DNA of 54,258 nucleotides, the filler included, from Actinomycetota bacterium (GTDB taxonomy: Bacteria; Actinomycetota; Acidimicrobiia; IMCC26256; VFJJ01), in the NCBI GenBank assembly GCA_009886115.1. It is 5 parts of 5 records of this genome, joined end to end, with 100 filler letters (N's around TTAATTAATTAA, not from the genome) between each part and the next. Parts side by side here need not be neighbours in the genome. Positions count along the whole stretch, not along the records: positions 8,040 to 15,142 come from VFJJ01000162.1; positions 15,243 to 41,152 come from VFJJ01000083.1; 3 more parts are not named here. One strand, given 5' to 3'. The notes under the pieces were generated by a model. It had not been told where the DNA came from and did not search any database. It saw only the letters and a list, made by a program, of their open reading frames with translations. The position numbers and the translations under genes are program-made. Below are positions 10,921 through 20,834 of the stretch, one piece after another. Position 1 is the stretch's first letter. Each line of letters begins with the position of its first letter.

Positions 10921-11266
10921 GGCGACCGGGGATAGGGCCCCGCCTTGCCCGACGAGGGTTGGCTGTCGTCACCGATCGTCGATCGGTGTTCATGTCGCGC
11001 ACCGTTGCGGAGAACCTCCGGGTCGAGCGCGTTCAGCCCGATGATGCAATCGTGCTCTTCCCCGAGTGCGCCCGGGCGGTCGAGCAGGTCAGCTCCCGAA
11101 CATCGGTATCTCGGCCTTACACTTATCATCTTACGAGGATGAGACCGTCACCCCTTGAACTCGCCGTCGCTTGGAGGCCCCGATCTATTGAAGCTTCCGG
11201 ATCTCTTGAATAATCGGTGTTCTTCTGGTTGATATCGGGGGGTTACTGTCATACCCGGCTGGTATC

Positions 11267-12610
11267 ATGACGGTGATGGATACCGATCGGTTCGGGGATT
11301 GTGAGTTGGATGATCTGGCGGAGACACTGGGACAGCTCCAGGCGTTGATGACCGCAATCCACTCCGAGTACCTCGAGGTGATCGCCGTGCTCAACGAACG
11401 GAAAGGCCACCTGTACGACGGGATGCCCACCATGGCCACCTGGCTCGCCGCCCGGTTGAACCTGTCGTCGCCCACCGCACGACACCACGTCGACATCGCC
11501 CTGCGCGCTGACGAGATCCCGGCGTTGATGGACGCCTGGCGTGACGGTCGCCTCTCCTGGGACCAGCTCCTACTTCTGGCTCCGGTCGCGACTTCCGACA
11601 CCGACGCTGACCTGGCCGAGACCGCGCCGGGCTGGTCGTACAACCAGACGATGATGCGCGCCCGCGCGTTGCGGCCGGTCTCGGAGAAAGAAGCGTTCGA
11701 TCAGCATCGCGACCGGTTCGTGCAACTGCTCCGTCGCAAGGACTCGACCTTGCAGATCCGGGGACGTCTTGCTGGTGAGCAGGCCGAGATCGTCGAGACC
11801 GCCCTGAACAGGCTCGCCGACAGCCTCCAACCAACCGTGCTCCCCGAGGACACGCCCGAAGGCGGACCCGAACCGCGAGCCGCGCGGATGGCTGACGTGC
11901 TCGTGAACCTGTGCGCCGGTGATCCCCAGATCACCGTCCAGAACCCGGCCCGGCCTCTCGTGATCGTGCACGTCACCGCCGAGCAACTCGCCGACGAACC
12001 ACCCGTCACCCACACCAACCAGCACAGCAACGAGCACGACGAGCACAGCAGCGAGACGGGAGCCGACGTTCCGGGTGCCAGCGACTGCGGTGACGGTCGC
12101 GCTGCGGGTCGGGCTGGTGCACCGTTGGTTGGGCCGACGATCGGGGCTGGTTGGGCGATCGCCGGTGAGACCGCACGCCGCCTCGCATGTGATTGTCGTT
12201 GGCAGGTCGTTGCTGACGACCAGACCGGCCGGACGGTCGGGATCGGCCGTGAGTCACGCCGGATCCCACCGTGGATGGCCCGGATCGTCGATCATCGCGA
12301 TCAGCATCGTTGCCGATGGCCCAGATGCGACCGGACCGTCTGGCTCGAACATCACCACGTCGCCCATTGGGGTCATGACGGCCTCACCGAACCAGAAAAT
12401 CTTCTGAATCTCTGTTGGCATCATCACCATCTCGTCCACGAAGGCCGATGGCAGATCACATTCAATTCCAACACCAATATCGTCACGGTGATCCGGCCTG
12501 ACGGACGCGAGTATCGACCACCAGAACATCCGCCCGGGCTCACCGAGGAAACCCGTCAATGGCTCGCCGAGCTCAGCGGCGCTCCACCCGGCCGCACCAC
12601 CGCCGCCTAA
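11267..12610 (+). CDS. DUF222 + HNH endonuclease (REP13E12-type)
   Basis: MATWLAARLNLS, GRLSWDQ, ARRLACD, RDQHRCRWPRC...HHHVAHWGHDGLTEPENLLNLCWHHHHLVHEG. Confidence 0.9.
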   Translation: MTVMDTDRFGDCELDDLAETLGQLQALMTAIHSEYLEVIAVLNERKGHLYDGMPTMATWLAARLNLSSPTARHHVDIALRADEIPALMDAWRDGRLSWDQLLLLAPVATSDTDADLAETAPGWSYNQTMMRARALRPVSEKEAFDQHRDRFVQLLRRKDSTLQIRGRLAGEQAEIVETALNRLADSLQPTVLPEDTPEGGPEPRAARMADVLVNLCAGDPQITVQNPARPLVIVHVTAEQLADEPPVTHTNQHSNEHDEHSSETGADVPGASDCGDGRAAGRAGAPLVGPTIGAGWAIAGETARRLACDCRWQVVADDQTGRTVGIGRESRRIPPWMARIVDHRDQHRCRWPRCDRTVWLEHHHVAHWGHDGLTEPENLLNLCWHHHHLVHEGRWQITFNSNTNIVTVIRPDGREYRPPEHPPGLTEETRQWLAELSGAPPGRTTAA

Positions 12611-12818
12611 ACCCCCGTGAGACTGGACTTCGACGACGACGGCCCGTCTGCCTCGACCGGTACCGACGAGACGAGTGCGGCGACAACACTCCCAGCCACG
12701 ACGCTCCCGACAACGGCCACGACAGCCGGCTCGTCGCCCAGCAGCCTCGGCGACGGCTGCCACGTCCGTGACCGCGTGTGTTGTTGCGTCGTGGTCGGCT
12801 TGGCAGTGGCGGTAGCGG

Positions 12819-13109
12819 TCAGTCCTGGCGATGTAGGTCGAGGTTGAAGAACTCGAGCTGTCCCCCGGAGAGCGCGGCCATCTGCTCCGCGATCTTCGCA
12901 GTCGCGGGAAGGGCGTTGTTGCGCATGGCGTCCTCATAGCTGGGGAATTCGACGATCACCCAGTACTCGCCTGGCTTGTCGCGGTTCTCGCAGATGATGT
13001 CGCGCGTCACGGTGCGCTGACCTTCGGTGTCGCGGAGCCACTCTTCGTGAGCCGCCTCGAGGCCAGCGTAATCCGCCGTGGACATCTTGATGATCTGCAC
13101 AAAGCCCAT
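12819..13109 (-). CDS. Small hypothetical protein, probable dimeric alpha-beta barrel (ABM-like)
   Basis: MGFVQII...RDKPGEYWVIVEFPSYEDAMRNNALPAT...FFNLD. Confidence 0.7.
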   Translation of the reverse strand: MGFVQIIKMSTADYAGLEAAHEEWLRDTEGQRTVTRDIICENRDKPGEYWVIVEFPSYEDAMRNNALPATAKIAEQMAALSGGQLEFFNLDLHRQD

Positions 13110-13295
13110 CGAACCCCCAACCCCTCGGGTCATCGCTTGGTCACATTATGAACGAAGCGCCGACCCGTGTACACCCCCGAACTTGCCTGCCCCTCACACC
13201 CCGGTGGAACCCGCCCACCCGCGCCGAACGCACCAACCCCGCGACCCGTTCCGGACGCTGCGGACGCTGCGGCACCGTGAGCGTTCCACGTCGAG

Positions 13296-14801
13296 TCAGC
13301 GGAGCACGGTGGCCAGGGCGGCGTTGGCGGCGTGATGGCCGCACATGCCGTGGACGCCGGCACCGGGTGGGGCCGAGGCCGAGCACAGGAACAGGGCCGG
13401 GTCGGGGGTGCGATAGGAACGCAGGCCGAGCGTGGGGCGGAACACGAGCTGGAGGCCGGCATGCGAGCCGCCGGCGATGTCGCCGCCGACATAGTTCTCG
13501 TTGTGGTCCTCGAACCAGGCGGGATCGGCGACGTGGCGGGCGGCGACCACGTCACCGAACCCGGGGGCGAATCGTTCGATCTGGGCCTCGATCGCCGCCG
13601 TCACCGCGGCGGGGTCGCCCGAGAAGCCATGGGGCACATGGCAGTACGTCCACAGGACGTGCCGCCCGGCGGGAGCCCGGCTCGGATCGACGACGGTCGG
13701 CTGCGCCGCCAGCACGAAGGGGCGTTCGGCGCAGCGGCCGGCGGCCACCTCACGTTCGGCCAGGGCGACCTCGGCGATCGTGCCACCCAGGTGGAGCGTC
13801 CCGGCCCGGCGGGCGTCGGGATTCGTCCACGGCACCGGCTCGGTGAGCGCGTAGTCGACCTTGAAGGCGCCGGGCCCGTAGCGAAAACGCAGCAGGCGCC
13901 TGCGATACCGGGCCGGGAACCGGTCGCCACCGAGCGCAGCGAGCTGGCGAGGCGTCACATCCAGCAGCACGACCCGCGACGGCGGGAGCTCGCGCAGCGC
14001 ACCGACCCGGCGACCGACCTCGATGGTGCCGCCCAGCTCGATCAGGTCGGCCGCCAGGGCGTCGACCAACGCCTGGGAGCCGCCGCGCACGAACGGCCAG
14101 CCGGCGACGTGCGCCGACGCGGCCAGCATCACCCCGAACGACGACGTGAGCGGCCGCTCGAGGGGGAGGAAGGCATGCGCGGCGCATCCCGCGAACAGCG
14201 CGGCGGCCTCGTCGCCGTCGAAGCGCCGCGCGGTCGCCGTGGCCGGCAGCAGCGCCCGGGATCCGAAGCGGGCCATGGCGACCGGGTGCCGCGGTAGCCG
14301 CAGCACCGGGCCGAGCGCGTGCGGCGCGATGTGGGACCAGCCGTCGACGACCGGGGCGAAGAGGCGGCGCCACCTCCGACCGTCGTCACCCCCCGCCGAG
14401 TCGAGGCCGGCCACCGTGTCGTCGAGCGAGCGGTGCAGGAGCCCCGCCCGTCCCCCGTCGAGCGGATGGGCCAGCGGGATCTCGGGATGGACGAGCTCCA
14501 TGCCGTGCCGTACCAACGACTGCGACCGCGACGCGAAGAACGGTGACACCGCCGCGAGGGGGTGCACGGCCGAGCACACGTCGTGCCGGTATCCCGGAAG
14601 GGTCAGCTCGGCGGTGCGGGCTCCGCCGCCGACGGTCGCGGCCGCCTCGACGACGAGCACCGAGCGGCCGGCGGCAGCGAGGGTGACCGCGGCGGCGAGG
14701 CCGTTGGGCCCGGCACCCACCACGATCGCGTCGTACCCGGAGCCGCTGTTGAAGCTACCGCCCACGCCCACGCCCGTCCCTCGAGATCGCGACAAGGGCA
14801 C
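13296..14801 (-). CDS. Phytoene dehydrogenase-related FAD-dependent oxidoreductase
   Basis: DAIVVGAGPNGLAAA, GGGARTAELTLPG, HDVCSAVHP, LCSASAPPGAGVHGMCG; exact start uncertain. Confidence 0.9.
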   Translation of the reverse strand: MPLSRSRGTGVGVGGSFNSGSGYDAIVVGAGPNGLAAAVTLAAAGRSVLVVEAAATVGGGARTAELTLPGYRHDVCSAVHPLAAVSPFFASRSQSLVRHGMELVHPEIPLAHPLDGGRAGLLHRSLDDTVAGLDSAGGDDGRRWRRLFAPVVDGWSHIAPHALGPVLRLPRHPVAMARFGSRALLPATATARRFDGDEAAALFAGCAAHAFLPLERPLTSSFGVMLAASAHVAGWPFVRGGSQALVDALAADLIELGGTIEVGRRVGALRELPPSRVVLLDVTPRQLAALGGDRFPARYRRRLLRFRYGPGAFKVDYALTEPVPWTNPDARRAGTLHLGGTIAEVALAEREVAAGRCAERPFVLAAQPTVVDPSRAPAGRHVLWTYCHVPHGFSGDPAAVTAAIEAQIERFAPGFGDVVAARHVADPAWFEDHNENYVGGDIAGGSHAGLQLVFRPTLGLRSYRTPDPALFLCSASAPPGAGVHGMCGHHAANAALATVLR

Positions 14802-14802
14802 C

Positions 14803-15142
14803 TCAGCCGATCACGACGGTCGGTGGTCCGGCGAGGACGAAGGCGATGCCGGCCGGGTCGAGGAACGAGGCGACGTCGGGGTCGACGACCTCGCGGACCG
14901 ACGGGACGCCCAGCGACTCGATCCAGGCTTCGAGCGAGTGGAACCACTGCTGGGTCAGCCCGTCGTACTCGGCGCCGGGCAGATCGAGGGCGTGGTTCTG
15001 CTCGTAGCCCAACAGCGGGTCGCGCAGCTCGGCGATGTCCTGGAACAGGGGACCGTGGCGGTTGAGCCAGTGATCGTGGTACTCCTCCAGGCTCATCCCG
15101 GCCTTGCGGCGCAGGATGCACAGCATCGACATGCCGGCCTCG
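14803..15142 (-). CDS. EthD-family protein (5' end in gap)
   Basis: LRRKAGMSLEEYHDHWLNRHGPL, YEQNH, YDGLTQQWF. Confidence 0.8.
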
Positions 15143-15242
15143 NNNNNNNNNNNNNNNNNNNNNNNNNNNNNNNNNNNNNNNNNNNNTTAATTAATTAANN
15201 NNNNNNNNNNNNNNNNNNNNNNNNNNNNNNNNNNNNNNNNNN
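15143..15242. other. Artificial contig linker
   Basis: N-TTAATTAATTAA-N. Confidence 0.98.
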
Positions 15243-15243
15243 G

Positions 15244-15317
15244 CCACCCCCGGCCGAGCAAGAGTGAGTTGTCCCCCACATGAGGCGCTCTACTCACTCT
15301 TGGTCGAGCTGGGGTGG
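15244..15317. repeat. Long imperfect inverted repeat (REP/MITE-like) at contig start
   Basis: ccacccccggccgagcaagagtgagt pairs with actcactcttggtcgagctggggtgg. Confidence 0.65.
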
Positions 15318-15421
15318 TGACAACACCACCGGTGTGGGTGTGGTGGCTTCCTTGCGGCACCCGGCCGGGCGGCGTGTACTGATGCCGTGACGGCGATGAG
15401 TGCCATGAGAATCACCGGGCG

Positions 15422-17848
15422 ATGAGCGCCGTCTGGCTCTGGGTGCGCGCCGAGTGGCGCCGGCGGCTCGTGTCGCTGGCTGCGGTCGCGCTCCTCATCG
15501 CCGTCTCGGGTGGTGCGGTGTTGGCGGCTGTGGCTGGCGCTCGGCGGACCGACACGGCGTTCGCGCGGGGAGCGGCGGCCACGGCCGAACCCGACCTCGA
15601 GGTCAGCACGTTCGACTTCATCTCGACGCTGCCCGACGGCGCCTTCGCACGGATCGTCGCCGATCCCGACGTGGCATCGGCCCGTTCCTATGTGTTTCTC
15701 GGTCTGGCCCCCGACCCGTCGGACAGCTTCTTCTCGATCGGCATCGCTGAGAGAGCCGGCACATTCACCGGTGACGACGACGTGTTCATCGTCGACGGCC
15801 GCAACCTCGACGACGCCGCCGACGACGAGATCATCGTCAACGAGGCCATGGCCGATCAGCTCGGCAAGGGGCCCCGTGATCAGGTTGCACTGTGGTCGCA
15901 GACCGACGAGCAGTTCCAGATCCTTGCGGCCAACGAGTCGCGGGCACCCTCCGAGCAGGCCGACCCGGGCCCGCCGGCCGGGCCCCGCCCCACGGTCACC
16001 ATCGTGGGCGTCTTCCGTACGATCGAGGACGTCTCCGACAACCCCGACCCGTTCCTGGCGGTGGGCCCCGGATTCCTCGACGCGTACGCAGACGACATGT
16101 GGAATTGCGCGTGCGGGATCGGGGTGCGGGCGAGGCCGGGCGCAAGCGACGCGGTGATCGAGCGGCTCCAGGCCGCGTTCGGTGACAGCGTCAGCGTTCA
16201 GCCGGTCGAGGGCTTCGAGGCTCGGGTCGCCGACGCCATCGGCCTGCAGACCGGGGTTCTTCTGGTCACGGCGCTGGCCTGCGCGTTGGCCGGATCGGTC
16301 GTCGTCATCCAGGCGCTGGCGCGGCAGATGGCCCTGGCGGCGGCCGAACGCGAGGCGCGTCGCGCGCTCGGGATCACCCGCCGGCAGGAGGCCTGCGCCG
16401 GGCTGGCCCTGGTGGCCCCGGCACTCGTCGTCGGCGCCGTCGGCGCCGTCGCGATGGCCTGGCTGGCATCCGCGCTGCTCCCGGTGGGCCTGGCCGGTCG
16501 GGCCGAGCCGTACCCGGGCTTCGATCTCGACGGCTCGGTGCTCGTCCTTGGCGCGGCCGTCCTGTTGGCCAGTGCGGCGATCGTCAGCGTCGTCCTGGCG
16601 TCGTGGACGGCCCGGGCGCGCCGGTCTGGGCAGCGGGCTGCTCGGAGCCCGGCTCGCAGCTCGAGATGGCTCACCCGGCTGGCCGGCGGCTCACCGGCCC
16701 GTGTCGTCGGGCTGAACCTGGCCACCCGGCGCTCGGGTGGAGGTTCGGGTTCTCCCGTATTTGCCGGCGTGGTCGGGTTGGCCCTCGGGATCATCGGGAT
16801 GATCGCCGCCGGTCTCGTCGACGGTTCGATCGACCATGTGCTGGCTACCCCGCGCCTCTATGGCGCTGATTACGACGCGAAGATCAAGGACGAGCCGGGA
16901 TCGGTGCTCGACATCGACGCCATCGTGGCCGATCCCAGGTTCGATGCCGTCACCGCGACCCGAGCCACCGCGACCGGCGACAACGCGGCGAGCACGACCC
17001 TCATCGGCCCCGGTGGCGAGGCGACCGTCGAGGTCGATCCCGAGGTGTTCGTGTCGTACAAGGGCTCCATCGCTCCGGTCCTGCTCGAGGGTCGGGCCCC
17101 CAATGGTCCGGCCGAGGTCGCGCTCGGCCCCGGGCTGCTCGACGCGGTCGGCGCCACGATCGGCACGTCGGTCAAGCTCAGCGACGTGGGGGTGCTCGAC
17201 GCGGTCGTCGTCGACGCGGTCGTCGTCGGCGTGGTCGTGTCCCCGGGCAACGACAGCTCCGAGCGGGGTTTGGTGCTCGACGGGCCCGGGCTCGACCTCC
17301 TCGTCGGTGAGCTCCAGGAGCTCAGGTCCGTGCTGGTGCGCCTGGCCCCCGACGCCCGTGACGACGCGACACTGCAGGCGCTCGCAGACGAGTACCCGGG
17401 CTTCTCGGCGGGCGCCGAGACACCGGCCAACGTCGAGAACCTGCGCGAGCTCGGTGGCGTACCGGCGGCCCTGGCGATCTTCCTCGCCGGTATCGGCGCG
17501 GTGGCGCTCGTCTACGCCATGCACACCGCGACCCGGCAGCGACGCCGGGAGCTGGCGATCCACCGGGCCCTGGGTATCAGCCGGGCCCAGCTGAGTCGCG
17601 CGTTGGCCTGGCAGGCGGCGCTCGTCGCCGGGCTGGCGCTGGCGGTCGGCGTTCCCGTCGGCCTCGTTGCCGCCCGCATCGTCGTCTACGACCTGGCCGA
17701 GCGGGTCACCGTCGTTCCCTCCGTCTCAGCACCCGCCTGGGTCTGGCTGACGGTGCCCGCAGCGCTGGTGCTCGCCGCAGTGGCCACCCTCGGCCCGACC
17801 CACAGCGTCCGGCGGCTCCGCCCGTCCGACGTGCTGAGAGCCGAGTGA
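15422..17848 (+). CDS. FtsX/MacB-like ABC transporter permease
   Basis: Duplicated 4-TM architecture, AGARRTDTAF, RRRELAIHRALG, C-terminal LRPSDVLRAE. Confidence 0.88.
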   Translation: MSAVWLWVRAEWRRRLVSLAAVALLIAVSGGAVLAAVAGARRTDTAFARGAAATAEPDLEVSTFDFISTLPDGAFARIVADPDVASARSYVFLGLAPDPSDSFFSIGIAERAGTFTGDDDVFIVDGRNLDDAADDEIIVNEAMADQLGKGPRDQVALWSQTDEQFQILAANESRAPSEQADPGPPAGPRPTVTIVGVFRTIEDVSDNPDPFLAVGPGFLDAYADDMWNCACGIGVRARPGASDAVIERLQAAFGDSVSVQPVEGFEARVADAIGLQTGVLLVTALACALAGSVVVIQALARQMALAAAEREARRALGITRRQEACAGLALVAPALVVGAVGAVAMAWLASALLPVGLAGRAEPYPGFDLDGSVLVLGAAVLLASAAIVSVVLASWTARARRSGQRAARSPARSSRWLTRLAGGSPARVVGLNLATRRSGGGSGSPVFAGVVGLALGIIGMIAAGLVDGSIDHVLATPRLYGADYDAKIKDEPGSVLDIDAIVADPRFDAVTATRATATGDNAASTTLIGPGGEATVEVDPEVFVSYKGSIAPVLLEGRAPNGPAEVALGPGLLDAVGATIGTSVKLSDVGVLDAVVVDAVVVGVVVSPGNDSSERGLVLDGPGLDLLVGELQELRSVLVRLAPDARDDATLQALADEYPGFSAGAETPANVENLRELGGVPAALAIFLAGIGAVALVYAMHTATRQRRRELAIHRALGISRAQLSRALAWQAALVAGLALAVGVPVGLVAARIVVYDLAERVTVVPSVSAPAWVWLTVPAALVLAAVATLGPTHSVRRLRPSDVLRAE

Positions 17849-17880
17849 CGTATGAGGCCGACATGCTGGAGATGTGGTGA

Positions 17881-17944
17881 CCCCCCGGTTCTTTGTGGCT
17901 CGGACCGCGCCAGGAGTGACCCTGGCCACAAAGAACCCAGGGGG
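17881..17944. repeat. Intergenic inverted repeat (terminator or REP-like)
   Basis: ccccccggttctttgtggc ... gccacaaagaacccaggggg. Confidence 0.6.
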
Positions 17945-17961
17945 ATGACGGGGGCGACACC

Positions 17962-20031
17962 GTGACGGCCGGACCCGTGCTCGTCGTCGGCATCGCCGTG
18001 ACCGCCGCGTGGTTCATCACGGGGCTCGTGCTGTGGCGTCGTCGGAGCGCCGAGCCCATGGGGCGTCTGGTCGTCGTGCTCGCGCTCATCGCCGCCGTCG
18101 GGCTGGCGGCCCAGGCCTGGCGCGAGGCCGGCGATCCCGCGGGATCGGCCGCCGATCTCGCATCGGCCGTGGCCCGCATGGTCGCGGCCCTGATGGTCGC
18201 AGCCACGATGCACGTGATCCTGGCGCTCCCCGACGGCCGGCTCATGAGCCGGGCGCACCGCCTCCTGGTCGCGGTCGGCTACGTCGTCGCCACTGGCGTC
18301 GGAGTCGTCTCCGCCATCGCCGTCGCCGACGCATCGGAGTCGATCAGCCGGTGGCCGTTCGTCGTGCTCGCGATGGCGTTTGCCGCGGTTGCTCTGCCGG
18401 CCGCCAACGCCCGATACCGGGCCTCGAGCGCGCTCGACCGGCGGAGGCTCCAATGGGTGGGCTGGGGCATCGCCGTCGCCATCGAGATCTTGCTCGTGAC
18501 CGTGGCGCTGAGCCTGCTCGCCGACTGGCCCCACCACGTGCGGGGCATCGCCCTGGGCGCGAGCGGGCTCGTCGCACCGGCGCTCGTCGCCGGAACCAGC
18601 CCCCGGCTCGCTGGCCGGGTCGACCGTCTGCTCACCCACTCGGTGGCGCTGGCCGGTCTCACCGTGCTGGTGGTCGCCGGCTACGGACTCGTGCTCCTCG
18701 GGCTGGGCCGGCGTCCCGACGACGGTGAGCGCGGTCTCCTCCTGTTGTCGATGGTGGCTGCCGGGCTCATCGCGATGGCCTATCCCTGGGCCCGCTCCCG
18801 CCTGGAGGACGAGGCGAATCGCCTGGTGTACGGCGAAAGGATCGCGCCCGACGAGACGATCCGCACCTTCGGCTCGCGCCTCACCCGGGCCATTCCCATG
18901 GACGAGCTGCTCCTCCAGCTCGCGGAGTCGCTGCGCAAGACCCAGCTGTTGCGCTCGGCCGAGATCTGGACCGGAACCAGCGGCCGCTACGAGCTCGCGG
19001 CCGGTGTCCCCCACCGGAGCCCTCCTCAGTTGATCGTCGGCGAACGGGAGCTACCCGTCGTGGCCCGGGCTGGGGTGTCGGGCGGTACCTGGGTCGAGAT
19101 CTGGCTTCCAGCCCTCCTCGACCGCGAGGGCCGGGATTCCCAGACCATCCGGGTGGCCCCCATCGCCCACTCGGGCAAGCTGCTGGGCCTGATTGTGCTG
19201 GAGCGCCGCGCCGACGGCGAGCCGTTCGACGACGAGGGCGACCGGGTGCTCACCGAGCTGGCCCGCCAGGTGGGCCTGGCGCTGCACAACGTGCAGCTCG
19301 ACTCGGCGCTGCAGGCATCGCTCGAGGAGCTCAAGGAACGCAACGTGGAGCTGCGCGACTCGCGCAGCCGCATCGTGGCGGCCGGCGATGCCGAGCGCCG
19401 CAAGCTCGAGCGCAACCTGCACGACGGCGCCCAGCAGCACCTGGTGGCCATGGCGGTCAAGCTGCGGCTGGCCCACGACTCGATCGAAGATGGCGACACC
19501 GCCGACGCCATGGGCCTTATCGCCGAGCTGCGTTCCGACCTCACCGACGCGATCGCCGAGCTCCGGGCGTTGGCTCACGGGATCTTCCCGCCGTTGCTCA
19601 TGAGCGGCGGGCTGGCCGAGGCGCTCCCGGCCGCGGCCACCCGGGCGGCATTGGTCACCTCGGTCGAGCTCGACGGGATCGGCCGCTACCCGAGCGAGGT
19701 CGAGGCCGCGGTGTACTTCTGCTGCCTCGAAGCTCTGCAGAACGCCGGCAAGCACGCCGGCGCCGGCGCGACCGCCCAGGTGCGCGTCTGGGAGAACGGG
19801 AGCGGCGTGCTGTGCTTCGAGGTCGCCGACGACGGAGCCGGCTTCGCGCTCGATGGCCTCTCGCCATCAGGATCGTCAGGCTCGTCAACGGGTCCTGCTC
19901 CCGGTCGCGCCGGCCACGGCTTCGTCAACATGGCCGACCGCCTCGGCGTGTTCGACGGCACCCTCACGGTCTCGTCGGCACCAGGAGCGGGCACCCGCAT
20001 CGCCGGCTCGATCCCCCTCAGCCGCTCGTGA
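17962..20031 (+). CDS. Membrane sensor histidine kinase (multi-TM + GAF + HisKA_3 + HATPase)
   Basis: ERRKLERNLHDGAQQHL, EALQNAGKHA, EVADDGAGF, GHGFVNMADRL. Confidence 0.92.
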   Translation: MTAGPVLVVGIAVTAAWFITGLVLWRRRSAEPMGRLVVVLALIAAVGLAAQAWREAGDPAGSAADLASAVARMVAALMVAATMHVILALPDGRLMSRAHRLLVAVGYVVATGVGVVSAIAVADASESISRWPFVVLAMAFAAVALPAANARYRASSALDRRRLQWVGWGIAVAIEILLVTVALSLLADWPHHVRGIALGASGLVAPALVAGTSPRLAGRVDRLLTHSVALAGLTVLVVAGYGLVLLGLGRRPDDGERGLLLLSMVAAGLIAMAYPWARSRLEDEANRLVYGERIAPDETIRTFGSRLTRAIPMDELLLQLAESLRKTQLLRSAEIWTGTSGRYELAAGVPHRSPPQLIVGERELPVVARAGVSGGTWVEIWLPALLDREGRDSQTIRVAPIAHSGKLLGLIVLERRADGEPFDDEGDRVLTELARQVGLALHNVQLDSALQASLEELKERNVELRDSRSRIVAAGDAERRKLERNLHDGAQQHLVAMAVKLRLAHDSIEDGDTADAMGLIAELRSDLTDAIAELRALAHGIFPPLLMSGGLAEALPAAATRAALVTSVELDGIGRYPSEVEAAVYFCCLEALQNAGKHAGAGATAQVRVWENGSGVLCFEVADDGAGFALDGLSPSGSSGSSTGPAPGRAGHGFVNMADRLGVFDGTLTVSSAPGAGTRIAGSIPLSRS

Positions 20032-20047
20032 CCGACCCGCGCACGTT

Positions 20048-20097
20048 CCAACTGTCAGCGTCACGGTCCGGATACGGCCCGCCACGCTGACAGTTGG
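20048..20097. terminator. Hairpin between convergent genes (bidirectional terminator or REP)
   Basis: ccaactgtcagcgt ... acgctgacagttgg, 14-bp perfect stem. Confidence 0.65.
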
Positions 20098-20103
20098 TCG
20101 GGG

Positions 20104-20496
20104 TCACCAGGTGGGGTCGCCGCCGTCGGCCCAGAGGCGCCGGAGCACCCGGGGGCTGAGCTCGTCCTTGTTCACGTAGGCCTTGGCGCCACTGGTGCGG
20201 GCGCCGGGCGGTAGCTCGTCGAGCTGGTAGGTGGAAACGAGCACAACCATCGTGGAGGGGTCGGCCGCAGTGATCTGCCGTGTGGCTTCGATGCCATCGA
20301 TGCCACCCATGTTGATGTCCATGAGGACCAGGCCCGGTCGCAGGTCGCCGTGCAGGGCGATCGCCTCCTCGCCCGACTCGGCCTCGCCGATCAGGGTGAA
20401 GCCCGCGACCCGCGCGACCACAGCCCGAGCGGCGGCGCGGAACGGCGGTTGGTCGTCGACGATGAGGACACCGACGCTGACAGTGGGCTCGGACAC
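20104..20496 (-). CDS. Single-domain response regulator (receiver only)
   Basis: VLIVDDQ, VLMDINMGGIDG, VLVST, YVNK; GTG start assumed. Confidence 0.87.
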   Translation of the reverse strand: MSEPTVSVGVLIVDDQPPFRAAARAVVARVAGFTLIGEAESGEEAIALHGDLRPGLVLMDINMGGIDGIEATRQITAADPSTMVVLVSTYQLDELPPGARTSGAKAYVNKDELSPRVLRRLWADGGDPTW

Positions 20497-20539
20497 AGGC
20501 CCATGATCGCGCCCGTCACGACGGTTGAGAACCATGCTG

Positions 20540-20715
20540 TCACGACCCCGCCTGGGGGTGCTGGCCTCCCCCCTCGGCGAGGAACACCAGCACGGCCTTG
20601 ACTCGCCGGTTCACGTCGGGTTCCTCGACGGCGGCGATGAGGCGGTCGAGGTCTTCGGTGGAGGCGACCACCTCGCGACGATGAACCTGGGCCCGGTTCG
20701 GCTGGGATCACTCAC
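20540..20715 (-). pseudogene. Internally deleted NarL/LuxR-type response regulator relic
   Basis: EVVASTEDLDRLIAAVEE (receiver-like) is joined directly to PDVNRRVKAVLVFLA (typical C-terminus of actinobacterial NarL regulators). Confidence 0.55.
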
Positions 20716-20834
20716 AAGGGAGGGCTGGCACCCTTTCCCCAGCGGCGTCACCGGCGGATGCTCGTCATGCGTCCCCACCGGTGTGAGACCGGTGCCGACG
20801 GACCGATGAGTCGAGTCAACGAGGAGCGACTGCC

